From: a virus
Direction: 5' to 3' (one strand)
Length of the DNA stretch: 64,000 nt
Virus record (IMG/VR): IMGVR_UViG_3300002140_000159
Location: 1 to 64,000 of that record
Positions within the stretch are counted from its first letter, which is position 1. The number at the start of each line of letters is the position of its first letter. The position numbers were made by a program, and so were the translations under genes. Positions 47,242 through 55,065 of this stretch are shown here, piece after piece. The notes beneath the pieces are model-generated. The model was not told where the DNA came from, did not search any database, and worked only from the letters and a program-made list of their open reading frames with translations.

Positions 47242-47964
47242 ATGACTGAATGGCCTTACAAGTTGGCTCAGCACGCAGGTCGCTACGACGATTTGATCTA
47301 TTGCCCGCTGGACCTGCCTTTGCCACCAACAGTAGACGTGCCGCAGTTTTTGGAGTGGATGGCAAGCGTGCAAGACCCGCAAATGCTGACTACCAAAAAT
47401 TCCTACGAGCAGGCAAAAAAACTTCCGTACCCATGGCTATCGCGTTTTTTGAAAGACGCAATGCAACTTAAAGAAGCTTTTCCTGAGCTTTACGACTATC
47501 TGTTGTTGTATCCGTTTGATGCCCTGACATCTCTGATGTTTTTGGCGCAGAAAGGACACCAGGATGTTTTTACGCACTGTGATCCTGATGGTCTGTACTG
47601 TATGCGGCTGTACTTGACAGTCAAAAATTGCGAAGGGCTGCACTTTTTTAAAGCTCGCCAGCCTTTTGATCACTTTTCGACTTACTCGCGTAACGAAGCA
47701 GGCGACATTGTCAGTGCTGACTGGGATAAGTACTTTAAAACAGATGAGCCGACATACGCCCATCTGCCTAAGCCGACACGAGCATACGTACTTAATAGCG
47801 CCAGGGCTGCACATGCTGTGGACCGCAACACTTGCGAGTTGGGTGAGCGTATTTGTGTGCTTGTTTTTGGAACAGCCAACGTCCAGCGACGGGACGCTTT
47901 GATTGAGCGCTCGCTCAAGCTTTACAGCAAAAACGCTATTTGGTACGACAAGGATCTGTCATGA
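47242..47964 (+). CDS. Asp/Asn beta-hydroxylase-like cupin oxygenase, paralogue 2
   Basis: VFTHCDPDGLYCMRLYLTV ... YVLNSARAAHAV ... ERICVLV. It is clearly alignable with the previous ORF along its whole length. Confidence 0.55.
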   Translation: MTEWPYKLAQHAGRYDDLIYCPLDLPLPPTVDVPQFLEWMASVQDPQMLTTKNSYEQAKKLPYPWLSRFLKDAMQLKEAFPELYDYLLLYPFDALTSLMFLAQKGHQDVFTHCDPDGLYCMRLYLTVKNCEGLHFFKARQPFDHFSTYSRNEAGDIVSADWDKYFKTDEPTYAHLPKPTRAYVLNSARAAHAVDRNTCELGERICVLVFGTANVQRRDALIERSLKLYSKNAIWYDKDLS

Positions 47965-48716
47965 AGCTAACTGTTTGCTTGAAAATGTTTGTGGCTGTAC
48001 CACTGCTGCCGTTCTTTATTGTGTGGGCGCTGTGGGGCGTTTCTGAGTGGCCATTGGTAGTTGCAGCAGGCATCTTGTTGTACTACCCAATACAGCAACT
48101 TGGACAGGCTAATGGTTATCACAAGCTGTTTGCGCACAGAGCATTTATTGCAAGGTCTTGGTATCCGTATGTGGCTTGTTTTTTTAGCTCAATTGCTTTT
48201 TATGGTGATCCATTAAGTGCAGCCATGATTCACAGAATCCACCACAGGTACGCAGACACTAGCAAAGACCCGCACTCACCATCACACGGTCGTTTACACG
48301 CCTACATTGGATGGATGGCTTCATACAAGCCAAACACTTCTGACGCAAGGTGCATTACTGACTTGCTGCGGGACTACCCCTGGATGATTACGTTTCGCAG
48401 GTATGAGTGGATGTTGCCTTGGGTTTTCCACGCGTCGCTGTTTGCCGTTTCACCACTTGTAAGCTGCGCGGTGTTGATTGGCTGCTTGCTGTCTATCCAC
48501 AACGCTTTAATAGTTAATGCGTTTTCACACAACCCAAGCCTTGGTAGCGAAGACAAGGCGGTTAATTCTTTGTGGATGGCACGTTGGGTAAACCCAACCT
48601 TTTTGCATAAGCACCATCACACACATGGCAGCGCTGTTGATTATTCGGCTCAAGGTGTCACGGACTACTGGGCCAAGTTTATAAATCGTTTTATTGCCTT
48701 ACCTAGTACTAAATAA
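47961..48716 (+). CDS. membrane His-box di-iron enzyme, delta-9 acyl desaturase-like
   Basis: GYHKLFAHRAF, HRIHHRYADTSKDPHSP and HKHHHTHG boxes with hydrophobic helices. The ATG at 47961 overlaps the previous stop (ATGA). Confidence 0.7.
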   Translation: MKLTVCLKMFVAVPLLPFFIVWALWGVSEWPLVVAAGILLYYPIQQLGQANGYHKLFAHRAFIARSWYPYVACFFSSIAFYGDPLSAAMIHRIHHRYADTSKDPHSPSHGRLHAYIGWMASYKPNTSDARCITDLLRDYPWMITFRRYEWMLPWVFHASLFAVSPLVSCAVLIGCLLSIHNALIVNAFSHNPSLGSEDKAVNSLWMARWVNPTFLHKHHHTHGSAVDYSAQGVTDYWAKFINRFIALPSTK

Positions 48717-48728
48717 AGTGGTTTCACC

Positions 48729-49460
48729 ATGATGCTTAATTTCAATCTCCGAATGGACAACAAACGAACCACAGCGCTGTACTACGTTGGGCTTGTTGGT
48801 GCTTTGTTTGCTGTCTCTGACGCTAGCCTTGGTTTGGCTTTAACCGCCTTGTGCGTCCATGTGGTTGTCATCTCATTGTTCTCTGCTGTTGTTCACCGCT
48901 ACTTTTGCCACAGGGCGTATGAAGCTAATCCAACACTGATGTGGCTTGTTGCGTTTCTACCAGTTGCCTATGGCTATTCAACACCTGCTGGCTGGGCGGC
49001 ATTGCACTCAGCACACCATGCGTTTGCCGACACAGACAAAGACACCCACCTGAAAGGATGGGCTGGCTTGTTTACTGCTAACTACCGTTTGCCACCATTC
49101 AAGTTTGCTCTTGCTGGCAAGTGGTTTCACAGCACTCGACATGCTTTCCTGCACAGTAATGCGCTTGGGGTTGTGCTTGTTTGGCACTTGCTCTTGCTGT
49201 TTATATCTGTCGATGTTTTCCTGTGGGTCGGCATGATGCCGCTGTTTACACTTCATTTTTGCAATGGACTGCACCGTGTGTTTAGTCACAAAGGAGCACA
49301 AGCTCACAACCGTTGGTACTTAGAGTACGTATGCCCAATGGGTGGCGAGTGGATACATGACGAGCATCACGACACTGCTAAAAAGCCAGTCTTCTCAAAT
49401 CGTTGGTACGAGGTAGACACTGGTTCAATATTTGTACGACTGTTTAGGACTGCGTCATGA
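48729..49460 (+). CDS. second His-box di-iron desaturase/hydroxylase-like membrane protein
   Basis: HRYFCHRAY, HSAHHAFADTDKDTH and IHDEHHD boxes with several TM helices. Confidence 0.65.
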   Translation: MMLNFNLRMDNKRTTALYYVGLVGALFAVSDASLGLALTALCVHVVVISLFSAVVHRYFCHRAYEANPTLMWLVAFLPVAYGYSTPAGWAALHSAHHAFADTDKDTHLKGWAGLFTANYRLPPFKFALAGKWFHSTRHAFLHSNALGVVLVWHLLLLFISVDVFLWVGMMPLFTLHFCNGLHRVFSHKGAQAHNRWYLEYVCPMGGEWIHDEHHDTAKKPVFSNRWYEVDTGSIFVRLFRTAS

Positions 49461-50149
49461 TTCGAGCAGAAGTTGCAGGAGTAGACACAGCCAACTACAT
49501 TTTTGACACTGGTCTAACGTTTGGCGTGGACTTGGGCCATGAAGTGCTTGAACTGGCCATGACCAAGATTGACTTGTTTCCAAAGCGACACAATTACAAC
49601 CGTGGGGACAGTCCAAAAGAGTTGATAAAAATGATTGGCGCAAACAAAGCGCGAGAACTCTACAGGCGTACAGCTCAGATGAAAGCGCTTTGCGGTAGTG
49701 AACTCATTACATTTGACCAGCACTTTTTCCCAGATGCACTTAGCCAACAACTTATTGAGTCTGCACCGCAGTGGTTGCAAGACCTCTCTGTTGGCGACCC
49801 GTCCACGATGCTACAGGTATCAAGCAATGGCAACTACCTTGGCACCCACAAAGGACATAAGCGCAGAGCATCTATGTTTATGTTGCTGCAAGGCGGTGGG
49901 CAAGAAACTAGGTGGTATCGGAATAGAGAAGAGTTTGAGGTCATTGACCCATTGCGAATTCCAGATCACGACAAAATTGAACACGTTGTGACTGCAATCA
50001 TGGAGCCGTGGCGCTGGTATGTATTTAACCATTTTGAATGGCATTCAGTACATAACTTTGCTGCTCAAAGCATTCGTGTCAACATGGGGCTTGATTTCAA
50101 CAATGTAACAGCCGCCGACATTGTTAAGCAGTTAGTTAAACGAGGTTAA
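49457..50149 (+). CDS. Asp/Asn beta-hydroxylase-like cupin protein (H-x-G variant)
   Basis: LGTHKGHKRRASMFMLLQG ... WYVFNHFEWHSVHN ... IRVNMGL. The start overlaps the previous stop. Confidence 0.45.
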   Translation: MIRAEVAGVDTANYIFDTGLTFGVDLGHEVLELAMTKIDLFPKRHNYNRGDSPKELIKMIGANKARELYRRTAQMKALCGSELITFDQHFFPDALSQQLIESAPQWLQDLSVGDPSTMLQVSSNGNYLGTHKGHKRRASMFMLLQGGGQETRWYRNREEFEVIDPLRIPDHDKIEHVVTAIMEPWRWYVFNHFEWHSVHNFAAQSIRVNMGLDFNNVTAADIVKQLVKRG

Positions 50150-50731
50150 TTTATTGCGTTCAACAGCTTGATTTAATGATACGTCGAATGGTAAAACAGC
50201 CAGCATCAATAAAACCTCGGTTCTTACAGGCTGCTGTCCCAGTACACGTTGGTTAATTAATGTGTAACGAGATAAGCAATGTTGAGGAATTATTTCAGGC
50301 ACGCTAACTTGGTATAGGTTGAATCTGCCTAAGCGAGCTTGAACAATATGGTTTTTCCAGCGAGGGTTATTAGCCCGGACAGAATAAAAACCAGTATATC
50401 CAAGAGATTCCATGTAAGTTACAGCTGCATCAAAAGCTGGCCCTAGCCCGGATAGCCTACCTGAAAAAACACTTCCGGTGGGGCGATTACAGATCATAAC
50501 TAAGGTGGATAACGGAGCATCCGGCCAAGGCCAGAAAGTAACAAAAGCAACAAGTGTGTCTTTATTGTCAAAAGCACCAAAGCAAATACAGCCAGTATTA
50601 AGGTTTTGAGAAAAAGCCTGCGCATACGGAATAGCGTCAGGAAGTTTAGGAGATAACATTATTAAAGGCTGAGAATCAAATACTGATTGCACAGCTATAG
50701 CGTCATTTAATGTCAAGAGGCGTGTTTTCAT
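50132..50731 (-). CDS. GNAT-like acyl/acetyltransferase
   Basis: An R-x-x-G-x-G motif (GRLSGLG) in a roughly 200-aa alpha/beta ORF. It is AT-rich, on the opposite strand, and its end overlaps the previous gene by 18 nt. Confidence 0.4.
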   Translation of the reverse strand: MKTRLLTLNDAIAVQSVFDSQPLIMLSPKLPDAIPYAQAFSQNLNTGCICFGAFDNKDTLVAFVTFWPWPDAPLSTLVMICNRPTGSVFSGRLSGLGPAFDAAVTYMESLGYTGFYSVRANNPRWKNHIVQARLGRFNLYQVSVPEIIPQHCLSRYTLINQRVLGQQPVRTEVLLMLAVLPFDVSLNQAVERNKLTSFN

Positions 50732-50779
50732 ACGTTATTATTTTATATGCAATAGAATATTGGTATTGCTTATAAAATA

Positions 50780-52159
50780 ATGCAATATTTTAAACATAGG
50801 CAATTAATGACTCAATTTAGAATTAAAACTCAAGCGCCAGATGGTACTGAGCCAATATTGCTATACGACAATCAGACTAGTAGCCTGACTTGGGAAAATG
50901 GACAGTCTGTTATTCCTGTACAGCCGCGTGAATATAAAACTGCAACTGCGGTATCGGCTGATGCGCCTGGATTAAAGAGTGTCATCAAAACACTCAAAGT
51001 CAGCTTGGGATTGTCTTGCAACTACGAATGCAACTATTGCTCGCAGCGCTTTGTGCCTCACGCTGATTCCAGCAACCCTGGAGACATTGAGCCTTTTGTA
51101 GCGCAGCTTACAGGGGCGTTGTCCCAAGCGCCAGACTGCATCGAGTTCTGGGGCGGTGAGCCATTTGTTTACTGGAAAACACTAAAACCTCTGGCTGAAC
51201 GCTTGCGCAAGATGTACCCAGAGACAATCTTTAGCGTCATCACTAACGGCACACTGCTTGATAAAGAAAAAAACCAGTGGCTTGATGATCTTGGTTTTGC
51301 TGTCGGTATTAGTCATGACGGACCTGGCTACCATGCACGCGGTCTTGATCCAATGGATGACCCAGAAAAACGCGCTGCCATCATGGATTTATACGACCGT
51401 CTAAAGCCAAAAGGACGCATCAGCATTAACGCCATGATGCACAGAGACAATCCAAGTCGCGCTGCAGTACAGGACTGGCTGCAGGAGCGCTTTGGCGACG
51501 ATGTGATGATTGGCGAGGGGGCGTTTATTGACCCGTATGACGAGGGTGGCTTGGCAGCAACGCTGAAGACCCAAGCTGAGCAGATTGGCTACCGCGCTAC
51601 TGCCTTTGATGAAATACGTACTGGCAAGATTGGTAATTTCGATATTGCACATCAGAAAATCAAGGGCTTTTTAGATTCAGTAAAGACCGCACGCCCCGCA
51701 AGCAACCTTGGCCAAAAGTGCGGCATGGACAAGGAAGACAACATGGCCGTAGACCTGCATGGCAATGTCATTACTTGTCAAAACGTGAGCGCCGCCTCAA
51801 CTGGGCCCAACGGTGAAAGTCATTTGATTGGCAAGCTTGATGACCTGGCTGGCGTAAAGATGAAGACCGCTACCCACTGGAGCAAGCGCGACGAATGTAC
51901 GAGTTGTCCAGTGCTGCAACTTTGTCACGGTTCCTGCATGTTCTTGCACGGTCCATTGTGGGACGCTGGCTGTGACGCTAGCTACTCAGACAACATCCCA
52001 TTCTTTGCTGCTGGCCTGGAGTATTTGACGGGCTGTAAGCCGATCTATATCGAAGGTGAATTCAGAGAGTCTCGCAAAGACATCTTTGGTCTGGTCAATG
52101 GAATACCGGAAGCGCCTCCCAAAAAGAAGCCTTTCCCAATTCCGGTTGTATCAATCTAA
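50780..52159 (+). CDS. radical SAM / SPASM-domain maturase
   Basis: CNYECNYC is the CxxxCxxC cluster (C80, C84, C87). The full SPASM pattern is C-x13-G-x4-C (KCGMDKEDNMAVDLHGNVITC) plus C-x2-C-x5-C-x3-C (CTSCPVLQLCHGSC). The start may be 50807. Confidence 0.85.
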   Translation: MQYFKHRQLMTQFRIKTQAPDGTEPILLYDNQTSSLTWENGQSVIPVQPREYKTATAVSADAPGLKSVIKTLKVSLGLSCNYECNYCSQRFVPHADSSNPGDIEPFVAQLTGALSQAPDCIEFWGGEPFVYWKTLKPLAERLRKMYPETIFSVITNGTLLDKEKNQWLDDLGFAVGISHDGPGYHARGLDPMDDPEKRAAIMDLYDRLKPKGRISINAMMHRDNPSRAAVQDWLQERFGDDVMIGEGAFIDPYDEGGLAATLKTQAEQIGYRATAFDEIRTGKIGNFDIAHQKIKGFLDSVKTARPASNLGQKCGMDKEDNMAVDLHGNVITCQNVSAASTGPNGESHLIGKLDDLAGVKMKTATHWSKRDECTSCPVLQLCHGSCMFLHGPLWDAGCDASYSDNIPFFAAGLEYLTGCKPIYIEGEFRESRKDIFGLVNGIPEAPPKKKPFPIPVVSI

Positions 52160-52189
52160 GTCAACTCACTTTTTATAGCTAGGGCCATC

Positions 52190-52588
52190 ATGGACAGCTT
52201 TTTTATGTCTGCATTGGTTTTTATTCACTTGATGATGCCTATGGCAGCGCAAGCACAAGTTGTTATGAAAACCCCGCTGAGCTACTCACTAACTGAGTAT
52301 GGGGTGGTCTTAGCTACTGCTCTGTTGGGGGGGCTAGCGAATTGGTACACCAAAGCCAAGAATGATCCGACTGGTAGTTACAGCGCTGCTGCACTAATTG
52401 GTGAGCTATGCGTGTCCGCCTTTGCAGGCGTCATTGCATTTTGGCTGTGTGAGTACTTTGAAATGCAACCTTTATTGACTGCAGCTGCGGTTGGTATGGC
52501 GGGTCACGCTGGCGCTAGGGGCTTGGATTGGCTTGAGCGGTATTTGCGCAAATCTGCTGAACAGAAACTAGGCTTAACCAAGGAGTAA
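52190..52588 (+). CDS. putative holin
   Basis: Multi-TM small protein directly upstream of the endolysin gene. The start codon is uncertain. Confidence 0.5.
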   Translation: MDSFFMSALVFIHLMMPMAAQAQVVMKTPLSYSLTEYGVVLATALLGGLANWYTKAKNDPTGSYSAAALIGELCVSAFAGVIAFWLCEYFEMQPLLTAAAVGMAGHAGARGLDWLERYLRKSAEQKLGLTKE

Positions 52589-52592
52589 CTTA

Positions 52593-53018
52593 ATGAACCT
52601 TGAACTTACCAAACAACTGCGTCGTGATGAAGACGACGTGTTGTCTGCGTACACAGACTCACTGGGCTACTTAACTATTGGTGTGGGGCGTTTGATTGAC
52701 AAGCGCAAAGGTGGTGGCATCTCTGCGGAAGAGTCTGCTTATTTGTTGGCTAACGATATACGCAACAAAACAGCAGCAGTCATTAAGGCATTGCCTTGGG
52801 CTGAGCATTTAGATCCAGCTCGCTTAGGCGTACTGGTGAACATGGCCTTCCAGCTAGGCATTACTGGTTTGCTTGGGTTTAAAACGACTTTAGCTCTAGT
52901 ACAAGGTGGAAATTACGACCGCGCTGCTGAGGCCATGGATGATTCATTGTGGTCCAGGCAAACACCAGCACGCTGTGCTCGCTTACAAAAGCAGATGCGA
53001 ACTGGGGTGTGGCAATGA
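52593..53018 (+). CDS. endolysin, GH24 (T4-lysozyme-like)
   Basis: RRDEDDVLSAYTDSLGYLTIGVGR contains the E...D...T catalytic arrangement. Confidence 0.85.
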   Translation: MNLELTKQLRRDEDDVLSAYTDSLGYLTIGVGRLIDKRKGGGISAEESAYLLANDIRNKTAAVIKALPWAEHLDPARLGVLVNMAFQLGITGLLGFKTTLALVQGGNYDRAAEAMDDSLWSRQTPARCARLQKQMRTGVWQ

Positions 53019-53482
53019 TGGCGTTGCTGGCTTATTGGCGAGTTGGCTTTGTTGCTGTCTTGATTGCAGCAGCAGGTGTCTGGCACTTGGCTGACAAGTC
53101 CAAGAGCATTGACGATGCAGTGGAACTTGTCAGAGCTGAGTACATCAATGCAGCGCTTGCTGCCAGTGAAGCGGCACGCTCTCGTGAGCTTCAATTAATC
53201 GCAACAAACCAGAAAGTTGTAAATGACTTCCAGACTCAAAAGAATCGCAATGCCGCTGCTGTTGTCATTAGTGCTGGTAAGTTGCGCGACCTCGAAGCCG
53301 CCATTGCCAGTGCTGATACCGCCAACAGCTATACCGCAAGCCCCAGCGGAATTGATGCTCCCTTTGCCACCATCGCCAGTGAATGTGGACGCGCTCTTGC
53401 AGAGATGGAAGGACATGCTACAGCGATGGCAAGCACAGCGAAGGCTTTGCAACAGTACGCCACTAGCTTGCGCGTGAAATGA
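53015..53482 (+). CDS. Rz: i-spanin (Rz-like)
   Basis: N-terminal TM (MMALLAYWRVGFVAVLIAAAGVW) followed by coiled coil. ATGA overlap with the endolysin stop. Confidence 0.7.
   Translation: MMALLAYWRVGFVAVLIAAAGVWHLADKSKSIDDAVELVRAEYINAALAASEAARSRELQLIATNQKVVNDFQTQKNRNAAAVVISAGKLRDLEAAIASADTANSYTASPSGIDAPFATIASECGRALAEMEGHATAMASTAKALQQYATSLRVK
53223..53477 (+). CDS. Rz1: o-spanin (Rz1-like lipoprotein), embedded in Rz in an alternate frame
   Basis: Lipobox LLSLVLVSC followed by a Pro-rich mature part. The gene lies entirely within the Rz gene. Confidence 0.7.
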   Translation: MTSRLKRIAMPLLLSLVLVSCATSKPPLPVLIPPTAIPQAPAELMLPLPPSPVNVDALLQRWKDMLQRWQAQRRLCNSTPLACA

Positions 53483-53850
53483 CCAGAGCATCTAGGAACC
53501 CAGTCAGGGAGCCAGATGCACTTATCTTTGACGCCTTTGTCCGTAAGTGGGCAAGGCTGCTAAACCTGCAGAACTGGCGACTTGAGCGCGGTTCAAAAGC
53601 AGCAAAGAATGCCATGGCTTCGGTCGAGTTTGATTTGCCAGCTCGCTTGGCAGTCTACCGACTAGGGGACTTTGGCTCCGAGGCGATAACTTCAAGATCG
53701 CTTGAAGACACCGCTATTCACGAACTTCTTCATGTCCTGCTGCTTGACTTGATCCTTATTGCCAGTGGTAAGCCCACGGATGAGGAACTTGAGGCAGCAG
53801 AACATGCAGTGATCAATGTTTTAGAAAAACTACTGAAAGAGCTTGCATGA
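53479..53850 (+). CDS. small HExxH-motif protein (possible minimal zincin)
   Basis: DTAIHELLHVLL with a downstream EAAEH. Confidence 0.45.
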   Translation: MTRASRNPVREPDALIFDAFVRKWARLLNLQNWRLERGSKAAKNAMASVEFDLPARLAVYRLGDFGSEAITSRSLEDTAIHELLHVLLLDLILIASGKPTDEELEAAEHAVINVLEKLLKELA

Positions 53851-55007
53851 TTGATGCCCAACTTTTGAGCTACGCATCAGTGCGTCAAATTGAATATCTT
53901 GAAGCGATTGAAGCCACTGGCAATATGCGCCAGGCAGCATTGAAGCTAAATGTTCACCACACTGTGGTGACTAGAGCCATGCAAGCATTGCGTCTAAAAG
54001 CTGCAATGCATGGACATGCCCCAACCCATGACATGACCAGGACTGTGCCAATTGGTTTCAAGGTGAAAGGTATTTCAACCTTGTACAACACCAAAGGTGA
54101 AGTAGCCAGCCAATGGGTTAAGAGCACTGCTGATGACCAGGCGATGGAAACAGCCATGGAGGAGTTTGCTGCGAACTTGGCTGAAGGTGTGAAAGGACTG
54201 AGCGGTATTACGCCAGCCCCTGAGCACTGTGATGATGATTTGATGTGCGTGATCCCCATAGGGGATCCGCACTTTGGTTTGAGAGTTTGGGCACAAGAGG
54301 GCGGTGACAACTTTGACTTGGACATGGCTGAGAAGTTAACCTGTAGTGCGTTAGACCGACTCATTGCCAGTGCACCGCCTGCTAAGACAGCCATGCTGTT
54401 GAATCTGGGGGATCACTTCCATAGCGATAACCAATCCAACACGACAACAGCAGGTACTGTGGTTGACGTGGATGGTCGTTGGGCCAAGATCCAGCAGATT
54501 GGTTTGAGATCGATGCTGTACTGCATTCGCCGTTTGCTTGAGAAGCATGAGACGGTGATTTTTAGGATCAACCGAGGCAACCACGACAAGCACAGCTCTT
54601 ACGCGCTGGCTTTGATGATCAGTTGCTACTTTCACGATGAGCCAAGAGTCCAAGTGGACTTGTCTCCGGCAGCAGCGTACTACTACCAGTTTGGCCGGAA
54701 CTTGATTGCCTCAACCCATGGAGACACCATGAAAGGTCCAGCCATGATGGGTGTGATGGCGGCAGATCAGCCCAAGATGTGGGGTGACACCAAGCATCGT
54801 TATTGGTACGTTGGGCATGTGCACCACGTTGACAAGAAAGAGTACCCAGGTGGCATCGTGGAGTACTTCAGGACTTTGGCTGCAGGAGATGCCTGGCATA
54901 ACGGTCAGGGATACAGGTCAGGTCGGGATATGTGCTTGATTGTTTTGCACAAGGAGCACGGTGAAGTGGAACGGCACCGATGCGACGTGGGCATGATTTC
55001 AGCCTGA
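53847..55007 (+). CDS. HTH domain fused to calcineurin-like metallophosphoesterase
   Basis: N-terminal MRQAALKLNVHHTVVTRAMQAL HTH. The metallophosphoesterase motifs are GDPHFG, LGDHFHSDN, RGNHD, THGD and GHVHH. Confidence 0.7.
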   Translation: MIDAQLLSYASVRQIEYLEAIEATGNMRQAALKLNVHHTVVTRAMQALRLKAAMHGHAPTHDMTRTVPIGFKVKGISTLYNTKGEVASQWVKSTADDQAMETAMEEFAANLAEGVKGLSGITPAPEHCDDDLMCVIPIGDPHFGLRVWAQEGGDNFDLDMAEKLTCSALDRLIASAPPAKTAMLLNLGDHFHSDNQSNTTTAGTVVDVDGRWAKIQQIGLRSMLYCIRRLLEKHETVIFRINRGNHDKHSSYALALMISCYFHDEPRVQVDLSPAAAYYYQFGRNLIASTHGDTMKGPAMMGVMAADQPKMWGDTKHRYWYVGHVHHVDKKEYPGGIVEYFRTLAAGDAWHNGQGYRSGRDMCLIVLHKEHGEVERHRCDVGMISA

Positions 55008-55016
55008 TTCTGAGCA

Positions 55017-55052
55017 GGATATTAGGCAATGCCTAATATTTGCCTAATATCC
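55017..55052. repeat. cluster of three TGCCTAATAT motifs (one inverted, two direct), candidate integrase arm-type sites
   Basis: GGATATTAGGCA-A-TGCCTAATAT-T-TGCCTAATATCC. Further copies lie at 55220-55228 (direct) and 55307-55315 (inverted), on the other side of the att core. Confidence 0.5.
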
Positions 55053-55065
55053 TGCCAAGCGGACA

